Shown piece after piece: positions 33,191-40,938 of a DNA stretch of 64,000 nucleotides. Numbering within the stretch: position 1 is the stretch's first letter; the number at the start of each line of letters is the position of its first letter. The position numbers and the translations under genes were made by a program. The notes under the pieces are model-generated. The model was given only the letters and a program-made list of their open reading frames with translations, was not told the DNA's origin and did no database searches. This stretch comes from an uncultured Bacilli bacterium (GTDB lineage Bacteria; Bacillota_I; Bacilli_A; RF39; UBA660). The stretch is taken from the NCBI GenBank assembly GCA_934098515.1, contig CAKOOK010000001.1, positions 89,076 through 153,075 on the forward strand, written 5' to 3'.

Positions 33191-33942
33191 TGTTTCCATT
33201 TTGCTGTTAGAATGATATTTGAAGTAACTGGAGTATTAAAGTCATATTCTTTATTATTATAGTACCAACCTAGGAATGTATATCCTTCTTTTGTAGGTGT
33301 TTGTGGTTTAGTTGCTTTTTCGCCTAGTTTTAATGTTTGAGTTGGAATGCTTGCTGCTTTGCCTGTATCAAATACAACATAATATTTCTTTTCTTTAGTA
33401 ATAACTTTTGTTATGTATTCCACTTTCTTGGTTGTAGCCGGTCTTTGATTGTTTGATGCATTATTTGAATTAGTATTTGCTTTTTTTGTAGTTGCTACTT
33501 TTTTAGTAGTAGTTGTTGTTGTTTCACTACATTTTGTTTCATCGCATGATGTTTTATATACATAAATAGTTTCTTCTTCATTACCACATTTTAAGTATAC
33601 TTCTACTTCATATTCATTACCATTTTTAGTTGCTTCAATATAACTATTTTCTTCGTCACAATCTTTACCTTTAGAGTCTTGTAATTTGCTAATTTTACCA
33701 GATATAATTAAATCATTTAATGTAACTACTTTAGTATCATTTTCTTTTTCTGGTAGATTTTTATTTTGGAAATAACTAATACTTACATCTTTTAGTTTAG
33801 TAATGTTACTCGTGAAGCTTTCACTTCTATTTTTTTGCTTTGTAGGTAATAATTTAATTACTAATATTACTACTAAAATAATTATTGCAAATTTAAGTAA
33901 GAATCCTTTCCAGTCAAATTTAATTTTTGTTTCTTCGTACAT
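33184..33942 (-). CDS. Membrane-anchored surface protein with a C-terminal Listeria-Bacteroides (Flg_new) repeat
   Basis: TM anchor, pilin-like VVTLNDLIISGKISKLQD..YLKCG, Thr-rich linker, then YYVVFDTGKAASIPTQTLKLGEKATKPQTPTKEGYTFLGWYYNNKEYDFNTPVTSNIILTAKW. Confidence 0.6.
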   Translation of the reverse strand: MYEETKIKFDWKGFLLKFAIIILVVILVIKLLPTKQKNRSESFTSNITKLKDVSISYFQNKNLPEKENDTKVVTLNDLIISGKISKLQDSKGKDCDEENSYIEATKNGNEYEVEVYLKCGNEEETIYVYKTSCDETKCSETTTTTTKKVATTKKANTNSNNASNNQRPATTKKVEYITKVITKEKKYYVVFDTGKAASIPTQTLKLGEKATKPQTPTKEGYTFLGWYYNNKEYDFNTPVTSNIILTAKWKQN

Positions 33943-34016
33943 GTTCTCCCCTGCTTTCTATAAGACCTTTCTTATATGACTTATGATAGCAGAATTGTAT
34001 TTAAAAAGCAAGAATA

Positions 34017-34751
34017 TTATCCTTGCTCATTAAATTTTTTTAGTTTGTTTAATTCTTCTAGGTAGTCACTTTTTCGAAGGTGCTCTAGTGTTACATCAAC
34101 TTGTTTATTTGCTTTAACTTCGTCTATTTGTGATGTATTATTGCTTATTTTACCTACCGTTTTTTTGTTATATACTAGTTTGGCAATTTTTATAATATCA
34201 TAGATAATAACACCTAGTGCTGGTAATAGAACTACAATAAACCATCCCATTTTGGTAGCAATAAATCCTTGAATTTTACCAACACCTGGCAATTTGATAG
34301 CTACTTTACCAATTATGTCATCATATTTAGCAGTAGCACTATCTGCTGATGGATTAAAGTCACCTTTGGTAACATATTCGTAGGAGCCATCATCGTTTTT
34401 AATTATATTAATAACACGGTGAGTAACAGTTAATCCTTTACTAATTGAACTAGTAGAACTAAATGTTATTACGTCACCTACTTTAATAGATTCTGGTGAT
34501 TTTACTCTGATGTTTACAATTACATCATCGACTTTAATGTTGGGTTCCATTGAACCAGTCGCTATGTTATATAATGAAAATAAAGGTTTATATTCAGGAT
34601 TTTTAATAACTACTCTAGCTGCTATTACATAGTAAATTAAAAACATACCAATTATAATTAGTAGGATTAAGACTGCTGTAGATAGAAGTTTACCAACGTA
34701 AGTTAAGGCATTTTTTATTTTAATATAAGTTGATTTTTCTACTTGATCCAT
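34017..34751 (-). CDS. sipW: Signal peptidase I, SipW (ER/archaeal) type, paralogue 1
   Basis: TM segment then ATGSMEPNIKVDDVI..GDVITF..VTHRV..TKGDFNPSAD and a C-terminal TM segment, the SipW-type Ser/His layout. Confidence 0.8.
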   Translation of the reverse strand: MDQVEKSTYIKIKNALTYVGKLLSTAVLILLIIIGMFLIYYVIAARVVIKNPEYKPLFSLYNIATGSMEPNIKVDDVIVNIRVKSPESIKVGDVITFSSTSSISKGLTVTHRVINIIKNDDGSYEYVTKGDFNPSADSATAKYDDIIGKVAIKLPGVGKIQGFIATKMGWFIVVLLPALGVIIYDIIKIAKLVYNKKTVGKISNNTSQIDEVKANKQVDVTLEHLRKSDYLEELNKLKKFNEQG

Positions 34752-34855
34752 AACTCACCTTCTTACTCTATTTCTACATTTATTATATAAAATCTTTTAT
34801 TAAAGTTCAAGGAGTTTACTTCTATTTTTGTAAAGAAGTATTTTTTAATAACAAA

Positions 34856-34876
34856 ATAAAAAAGCCCGAAGGCTAA
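34856..34876 (-). terminator. Terminator after the TasA-like gene pair
   Basis: Minus strand AGCC-UUCG-GGCU (UUCG tetraloop) followed by UUUUUAUUUU. Confidence 0.55.
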
Positions 34877-34886
34877 TTTTATATTA

Positions 34887-35558
34887 TTACTTTGTAATTT
34901 CAGCTGTTCCGATTTCAACCTTAGCACCAAATACTTTGTTTTTATCAATATCTTGGTTAACATGGTTATCTGGGAAATAGATGTTTAAATCATATTGATG
35001 AACAGTGTCTGTTCCTGGTAAGAAATATCCTGAACCTATTGCTGTAGCTTCAGCAGCTCCAGTTTTAACATCAACCCAAGTTGCAACTTGTGCTAATTCA
35101 CCTGTAGCAGCTTCTCCGCCTTTTTTAGTACCAACTAATGTATACTTAATTGCGCCAGTTGAAAATTCATTTTTAGTAACTATTAATTTAATAGTATATG
35201 GCATTTTCATATTATCTGATGCTAAAGTTGAGTTAGTACCAGTTAATGTGAATTTTTTAGTTGCTACTGGAGAATATTGAGCTTGGTCACAGTAATATCC
35301 AGCAGTTTCACTAACTTTTTTATCTGGGCATTCTACTGCAGCCTTTGTTGGTTCAAATCCTTCTGTAGTTTGAACAGTATTACCATTAGCAAAGTTAATC
35401 TTTAAAACACCTGCATTCATTTTAACTGTAGTTGCACTTTCGCCACCACCAACTTGAGCAGTGAAGTATGCGAATGTTGCTCCGATAACAGCTACTAATA
35501 GAGTTGCTACACCAATAACAGTTAATAGTAATGTATTAGTTTTTGAATTATCTTTCAT
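34887..35558 (-). CDS. TasA/camelysin-like SipW-dependent secreted protein (Ala/Gly/Thr-rich, probable fibre subunit)
   Basis: Start moved to ATG 35558 (GGAGGA RBS). Signal ..LLVAVIGATFAYFTAQ. C-terminal YDLNIYFPDNHVNQDIDKNKVFGAKVEIGTAEI. One Cys pair. Confidence 0.7.
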   Translation of the reverse strand: MKDNSKTNTLLLTVIGVATLLVAVIGATFAYFTAQVGGGESATTVKMNAGVLKINFANGNTVQTTEGFEPTKAAVECPDKKVSETAGYYCDQAQYSPVATKKFTLTGTNSTLASDNMKMPYTIKLIVTKNEFSTGAIKYTLVGTKKGGEAATGELAQVATWVDVKTGAAEATAIGSGYFLPGTDTVHQYDLNIYFPDNHVNQDIDKNKVFGAKVEIGTAEITK

Positions 35559-35578
35559 ATGTCCTCCTTCTATCAATT

Positions 35579-36202
35579 TTATTGTGTAATTTCAGTAATT
35601 GCAATGTGTCCTTTAAATTGAGCACCTTGGTTAGCGTTTTGATCTTCACCAGTATCTTTAAAGAACATTGATAATGTGTAAGTTTGAGTTACTTCTTGTG
35701 CATCATTACCATAAATAGTTGCTTCACCAAATACGATGTCCTTTGATGGGTCAGCAATTTTTGTTTCAGTAGCAGTAGGCATTGTACCTTTTGTAGAAGC
35801 ATTTGCTTCTGTAGCAGTTAGTGTATATGATAATGCACTTGCTTGGAATCTCTTAACATGTCCAGCACCATCAGATATAGTTGCGTCTGCAGTTGTATCA
35901 TTATCATCAATTACAAGAGTAATTTTGTACTTTGTAGACACGCCTTTAGTAGCAGTTGTTTTAATTGAGAATGTTTTTGTTCCCCAAGCTTCTGCTTTAG
36001 GATAAATTCCGGCAGCAGCTATTTGATCTCCACCATTAAACTCTGTTCCAACTGTTGCTGATCTAACTGTGTATTCTTTTTCATTTTCGGTACCAGATAA
36101 TGTTGCACTGAAGTAAGCAAATGTTGCTCCAACTACGGCAATTAATAGTGTTGCAATACCGATGATAGTTAGCATTACAGTATTATTTTTCCCTTCGCTC
36201 AT
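35579..36202 (-). CDS. TasA/camelysin-like SipW-dependent secreted protein, tandem paralogue
   Basis: Signal ..LLIAVVGATFAYFSAT. C-terminal YTLSMFFKDTGEDQNANQGAQFKGHIAITEITQ. RBS AAGGAGGATACAAAAATG. Confidence 0.7.
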   Translation of the reverse strand: MSEGKNNTVMLTIIGIATLLIAVVGATFAYFSATLSGTENEKEYTVRSATVGTEFNGGDQIAAAGIYPKAEAWGTKTFSIKTTATKGVSTKYKITLVIDDNDTTADATISDGAGHVKRFQASALSYTLTATEANASTKGTMPTATETKIADPSKDIVFGEATIYGNDAQEVTQTYTLSMFFKDTGEDQNANQGAQFKGHIAITEITQ

Positions 36203-36227
36203 TTTTGTATCCTCCTTTACTATATAC

Positions 36228-36256
36228 AGAATATCATTTTTAAAAAATTAAATCAA
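36228..36256 (-). promoter_or_regulatory. Promoter candidate for the TasA-like pair
   Basis: Minus strand TTGATT-N17 (ending TGa)-TATTCT, about 25 nt upstream of ATG 36202. Confidence 0.4.
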
Positions 36257-36457
36257 TGATTTTTAATTAATTTTTTATTTTTTTTGATGATAATTTTGAT
36301 GAAAGTAACAGATGTTTTACGATAAATTTTGAATTTTATTCATGGTGTAAATTTTACGTATCAAAAATGTGTCAAGTTGTTCTTTATTTTGGATTAAAAT
36401 ATTTTTGCTTTCATTATATAGGTTATAATTAAGTTAAGATAAGAAAGGGATGATACA

Positions 36458-37042
36458 ATGTTAATTAAAAAGAAATTTAGATTGTTACTTGCTTTAATTG
36501 CGTTGTTTATTTGCCTTTCTTCTATTGAGAAAACTTATGCAAAGTATATTACTTCTGCTTCTGGTAATACTGATGTCACTATTTCTAGATGGAATATAAA
36601 GTTAAATGATTTTGATATTACAAATGGTTCTAATTTTACTAATGCTATTGTTCCTACTTTTAATGGTGATGAGTATACTTCTGCTGGTATTATTGCTCCA
36701 AGGTCTGAAGGAAGTTTTTCAATTAGTATTGATGGTTCTGAGACAGATACTGCTTATTCTTTAGATTTTGATATTGGTATTAGTGATGATAGTGCGGTTA
36801 AGGATTTGGTTATTACTAAGTATACGATTGGTGATGATCCTACTGAATATAATTATGATGGTAATTTAGTTACTAATTTTAATTTAGATGATAATAAGAT
36901 TATTACTTATAATTTCTTTATTAAGTGGAATGATGATGAAACTACTGAAACAATGACTAATGAGGATGATACTACTGCAGCTTATAATAGTGGTAAAGCT
37001 ATAATGAATGTAAATGTAAAAATAACACAATTAGCTAAGTGA
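36458..37042 (+). CDS. TasA/camelysin-like SipW-dependent secreted protein (only plus-strand member)
   Basis: Signal ..LSSIEKTYAKYITSASG. It ends ..AYNSGKAIMNVNVKITQLAK with a TGA stop. Confidence 0.65.
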   Translation: MLIKKKFRLLLALIALFICLSSIEKTYAKYITSASGNTDVTISRWNIKLNDFDITNGSNFTNAIVPTFNGDEYTSAGIIAPRSEGSFSISIDGSETDTAYSLDFDIGISDDSAVKDLVITKYTIGDDPTEYNYDGNLVTNFNLDDNKIITYNFFIKWNDDETTETMTNEDDTTAAYNSGKAIMNVNVKITQLAK

Positions 37043-37055
37043 TTGTGTTATTTTT
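37018..37055. terminator. 14-bp perfect inverted repeat forming a bidirectional terminator across two overlapping convergent gene ends
   Basis: AAAAATAACACAAT-N10-ATTGTGTTATTTTT. Both stop codons lie at the edges of or inside the loop. Each arm encodes KITQ for its own gene. Confidence 0.65.
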
Positions 37056-37720
37056 AATTCTATTATAATTTTTAGTCCAGGTTCGTTTGGATGGTTTCGT
37101 TTGTAATTATATGCGTCGGTTCCCCATTTTGTGTCTAAAGCGTCGTTTCCTGATTCATAGGCCCAGTTCATTTTTACATTGAATGCGGCTTCACCACCAT
37201 AGGGGTCTAGTTGGTTATTAGATGTTATTAATTCAATTTTAAATGGGTATTTAGTTCCATCTTTTAATGAGTTTTCAAGTTCTTCACTTGTTGGATTATC
37301 TTCTGTGGGGGTACCTCCATCTGAGATTATTTTTTCACTTGTAATTATTTCGTTACCAAAGGCGTTTATGGATAGAATTGTGTATTTGAAGTCTGCTTTT
37401 GATTCACCTTGGTTGTATACTTTTGTTTCGTTTAGGAATTCTTCCATTCCTGGGTATGCAGATTTAATATCAACGTTTAATGTGCTTATAACTTCACTTT
37501 CAGAGTTTGTTAATACTACGTTCCAAGCTCTTACTTTTACATTAATGTCTGTATGTACTTCTTTTACGTAAACAAACCATGCAAAGGTATTTGCTGAAAG
37601 AATTATAATTAGAAAAATAAGATTTTTAGGTTTAATTGATTTTTTTAATAATCTTAGAAAAACTTTTCTTCTTATTTTTCTTTCAGTTATATCATTCTTG
37701 TTCTTCGTCATCATTGTCAT
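37031..37720 (-). CDS. TasA/camelysin-like SipW-dependent secreted protein
   Basis: Basic N-region, signal ..IIILSANTFAWFVYV. It ends ..GLKIIIELKITQSLS. It overlaps the sipW paralogue 2 stop. Confidence 0.6.
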   Translation of the reverse strand: MTMMTKNKNDITERKIRRKVFLRLLKKSIKPKNLIFLIIILSANTFAWFVYVKEVHTDINVKVRAWNVVLTNSESEVISTLNVDIKSAYPGMEEFLNETKVYNQGESKADFKYTILSINAFGNEIITSEKIISDGGTPTEDNPTSEELENSLKDGTKYPFKIELITSNNQLDPYGGEAAFNVKMNWAYESGNDALDTKWGTDAYNYKRNHPNEPGLKIIIELKITQSLS

Positions 37721-38258
37721 ATATTATTTTTACAACTTGAATAGATACTAGTAATCCCATTATAGTTGCAAGAATGTAGTATGCGTATATATTTAACATT
37801 ACTCTACTTAGAAGACTTAAGAAACCCATTTTATACACTATTTTTCCGTATATTTGGTCTTCGTTTATTTCTGGGTCTGCGATTTCATTAGCAGTTCCTT
37901 TTGTTGTGAAGTAATATTTACCATTTTCTTCTCTTACTTCAATAACTTTGTGTGTTACGATTAGACCAGTCATATCACCTTTTTCGCCTTTGTATACGAC
38001 GTTATCCCCTACTTTGATTGTTTCGGGAGCTACTTCTTTTGATACTAACATATCGCCTTCAACGTATTCTGGTTTCATTGAGCCAGTTACGACAGTGAAT
38101 ATTTTGATGCCACCCAGTGAGAGGTCATTTCTTGATACTTTTTGTACTAAGATTACGAATAATAAACCAATTAGGATTATATATAAAATGGTTTTAATTA
38201 TTTTACTAATTATGTTTAGTACTTTATTTTCTTTTATTTTTTTTATAAATTGTTTCAT
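37692..38258 (-). CDS. sipW: Signal peptidase I, SipW type, paralogue 2
   Basis: VVTGSMKPEYVEGDML..GDNVVY..VTHKV..TKGTANEIAD and a C-terminal TM segment. Confidence 0.8.
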   Translation of the reverse strand: MKQFIKKIKENKVLNIISKIIKTILYIILIGLLFVILVQKVSRNDLSLGGIKIFTVVTGSMKPEYVEGDMLVSKEVAPETIKVGDNVVYKGEKGDMTGLIVTHKVIEVREENGKYYFTTKGTANEIADPEINEDQIYGKIVYKMGFLSLLSRVMLNIYAYYILATIMGLLVSIQVVKIIYDNDDEEQE

Positions 38259-38265
38259 TTTTCAC

Positions 38266-39390
38266 CTAAAATCTATAGCTTTCTATTTTGTCTAAATATT
38301 GTCTTATTTTAATATCATATTTACTTTGAATTTCAGCAATTGATGCTTCTTTTTTATTTCTGATTACGGCGATTTTGTCACCAATTATTTCTTCTAGTTT
38401 TGTCATTGGTAGGTCGGAGTTTAGTTCGACTATTTTGGTGATCATTTCATCAGTTATTTCTTCTATTTTTTGTCTTCGGTCTTCCTCAGTTATTTTGTCT
38501 TTAGATTTACCAGTACTATTAAGAACTAGGTACTGCAGAAGAATTGCATTATCTAAGAGGCTTTGAAGTTCGGGGTTATCTTTGATTGTTGCTTTACTTT
38601 TTACACTTTTTGATGATATTTTTTCGTTGTATGATTGAAGATAATCCCATAGTTTTGTAGCATATTGAAAGTTTGGATTTTTTAAAATTAGATTTGTTTT
38701 TTTAATTGGTGGTACTACTTTTGCTACGTGAAGTTTTGCTAGTGTTTTAAATACATCGCTTTTTTTAAGGTCTGATACTTTGTCTTCTACTTTTTTAATT
38801 CTTGCTAGTAGTTCGGTTTCTTCTTGTTTAGTAGATTCTTTGGTAAAGACTCTTGAGTTGATGTTTAGACTAAAAGCAACGTTTTCACCACCTACTCTAC
38901 TACTTCCACTATATTCACAATTTTTATAGTCTTTTAATGATGATGATAAGATTAGTTTCTTTTTTCTCATCATAATGAATTGTTCTGTGTTTAAGACGAG
39001 TGTGTAGATAAATCTATTTTCGTATGTGTTGTAACTTTCTTCTTTATTAATGTTTAATATTTTTGATGGCTTAACGTCACCATTTTCTTCAATTTCTTGG
39101 ATGAAGTTAGTATGTTTTGATAGATGTTTAATGCTTTCAACGGTTATCTTTCTAGCTTTTTCGATTTGAACAACTTCTTCTTCATTTACGATGAAGCGGT
39201 TAGGACTTCTTAGGATGTTGTCTAGGTATCTAACAGTTTCTTCAATAATGGTTAGCCATTCAAAGTCGACGTCATTTTTTTCGTAGTTGGTTTCAATAGT
39301 GTAGTTTGAGTTTACGTTAGCGTTAAATTCATCTATTTTCTTTTTGTTACTAGTATCATATAGTTCAAATATTTTTAAATCCCTTTTCAT
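38266..39390 (-). CDS. McrC N-terminal/DUF2357-like protein without a recognisable nuclease domain
   Basis: 374 aa and cytoplasmic. ESYNTYENRFIYTLVLNTEQFI resembles the (D/T)xYENRF motif of DUF2357/McrC-like partners of McrB NTPases. The C-terminal half is helical with no PD-(D/E)xK pattern. It begins 8 nt after the AAA+ gene. Confidence 0.45.
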   Translation of the reverse strand: MKRDLKIFELYDTSNKKKIDEFNANVNSNYTIETNYEKNDVDFEWLTIIEETVRYLDNILRSPNRFIVNEEEVVQIEKARKITVESIKHLSKHTNFIQEIEENGDVKPSKILNINKEESYNTYENRFIYTLVLNTEQFIMMRKKKLILSSSLKDYKNCEYSGSSRVGGENVAFSLNINSRVFTKESTKQEETELLARIKKVEDKVSDLKKSDVFKTLAKLHVAKVVPPIKKTNLILKNPNFQYATKLWDYLQSYNEKISSKSVKSKATIKDNPELQSLLDNAILLQYLVLNSTGKSKDKITEEDRRQKIEEITDEMITKIVELNSDLPMTKLEEIIGDKIAVIRNKKEASIAEIQSKYDIKIRQYLDKIESYRF

Positions 39391-39398
39391 GTTAACCC

Positions 39399-40928
39399 CT
39401 ATGACATTTTCTTAAGTCTTTGAACGTATTCGATGCATTCATGCATTTTGTCTTGTCCAAATGTTGTGTTTAAGTATTTTACGAAATCGTCTATTTCATC
39501 TCTGATGTATGAGATGTTTAACTGTTCAAATTTTCTTAATATTTTACGGGCGATGAAGTAGTCTACGCCTGATACTTCTTCTCCACCACAGGCAACGTAT
39601 ACTGGAACGAATTTTCTCATGTGAGCTACGATACGATTACCGAAAGCGATACGGAAGTGTTTGATAACGTAGTTGTCCATTTCTTCAATTTTAGCGTACA
39701 TTTCTTCTGACATTGGGTATGTTTCAATTGCCGTTTGAAATAAGTTATTTAGGTATGAGTAGTTAATATCTTGTGCTGGTGTATCAATTGGAGTAAATAC
39801 TTTTCCTTTATCATTGATATCAATTGGCATAGCACGGTCGTATACTTTATCTGTTACCATGAATGTTGAGTCATCGTTGTTGATTGTACCGATGTACCAT
39901 ACGTTGTCTGCTATATGAAGTTTACCACCTTTTAGGTGAATTGGGTCATTTTTCCAAGCAGATGATACGATTTCGATTATCCATTCGTCGTGGTTAGGCA
40001 TTTCTAGGATTGATAGCATTTCAGCAAAGTAGTATTCTACACGTGAGATATTCATTTCATCTAGGATTATTGTATAAACGTCATCGGTGTAACCTGCTTT
40101 GTAGATTTCTTTTAGGATATCTGTTTCGTTAAATTTACGGGTGAACTCGTTGAAGTAACCGAATACTTCTGAACGGTCTCTCCAAGATGGTTGAACTGAT
40201 GCAATACATGAGTCGTGTTTTAAAAATTTTCCCCATGCGTATGCAAGTGATGTTTTACCTGTACCAGAAATACCTTGTAAAATAACAATCTTTGTTGAAG
40301 CAAGAGCTGATATAAATAGTCTAATCATTTCTGGGGAATAGTATAGTTTTAACTGAGATGCAGCAAAGTTTCTAAATAGTTCGACTAGTTCTGGTAAGGT
40401 GAAACTATTATTGTAATTTTGAATTTTGTAATTTTTAAATTCAATATCTATTTCGTTTAATTTTGAGAATCTGATGTTTGCGTCATCGCCAGTTTCGTTT
40501 TCACTTTCTTCTGTATTAGGTGTCTCTGTAGCATTTTCATTAGGTTTTAGTCCTATCTGGCTTACTTTCATTGCAAGTATTTCTTCTTTTTCTTTCATCA
40601 TTGTTGCTACTTTATTATTAAGATCACCAATTTCTTCAATTAGTGATTCTTGTTCGACAAGTGTTTTTTTAAATTTAAATATTTTTTTAATTAAAATTAT
40701 AAATAAGAATATTATTAAAGCTAGGATTGCTACAATAATGAGCATGATGATTACTACTAGAATCCACTCACCTACGCTTAAATCTTGTTTATAGTCTTGT
40801 ATGATACTAATATATTTATTTACGTTGAAGATAGCTACTAAACCGGTAAATAGGCCAGTAAAGATGTTTTTAAATCCTAAAAAGAATTGGCTTAGTAGTT
40901 CATATAAAAATTTTAAGAATGTGTTCAT
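39399..40928 (-). CDS. Membrane-anchored McrB-like AAA+ (AAA_5) NTPase
   Basis: Two N-terminal TM helices plus a coiled coil. Walker A LQGISGTGKTSLA, SVQPSWRDRSEVFGYFN, Walker B plus signature IILDEMNISRVEYYFAEMLSILE, and YIGTINNDDSTFMVTDKVYDRAMPIDI. These match the McrB-family layout. Confidence 0.7.
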   Translation of the reverse strand: MNTFLKFLYELLSQFFLGFKNIFTGLFTGLVAIFNVNKYISIIQDYKQDLSVGEWILVVIIMLIIVAILALIIFLFIILIKKIFKFKKTLVEQESLIEEIGDLNNKVATMMKEKEEILAMKVSQIGLKPNENATETPNTEESENETGDDANIRFSKLNEIDIEFKNYKIQNYNNSFTLPELVELFRNFAASQLKLYYSPEMIRLFISALASTKIVILQGISGTGKTSLAYAWGKFLKHDSCIASVQPSWRDRSEVFGYFNEFTRKFNETDILKEIYKAGYTDDVYTIILDEMNISRVEYYFAEMLSILEMPNHDEWIIEIVSSAWKNDPIHLKGGKLHIADNVWYIGTINNDDSTFMVTDKVYDRAMPIDINDKGKVFTPIDTPAQDINYSYLNNLFQTAIETYPMSEEMYAKIEEMDNYVIKHFRIAFGNRIVAHMRKFVPVYVACGGEEVSGVDYFIARKILRKFEQLNISYIRDEIDDFVKYLNTTFGQDKMHECIEYVQRLKKMS

Positions 40929-40938
40929 GAGTACCTCC

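Noticed and set aside
34763-34963. 66-aa minus-strand ORF in the sipW-1 / TasA-like intergenic region
   Set aside because: It spans the terminator hairpin (34856-34876) and overlaps the 3' end of the TasA-like gene in another frame. It has no RBS and is AT-rich noise.
36315-36358. Direct repeats TTTTACG (36315, 36352) and TAAATTTT (36323, 36348) in the 255-bp divergent control region as possible response-regulator boxes
   Set aside because: They are short and AT-rich, and the spacings (37 and 25 nt) do not fit helical phasing. The motif is absent from the main fibre-operon promoter region (57005-57125), so it is not distinguishable from chance.
38266-40928. Reading the AAA+/DUF2357 pair as an ordinary McrBC restriction system
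   Set aside because: It is not adopted as the primary call. The NTPase has TM helices where McrB has its DNA-reader domain, and the partner lacks a visible PD-(D/E)xK nuclease. The genes are translationally packed between sipW- and tasA-like genes. A defence role is kept as the alternative hypothesis in the findings.
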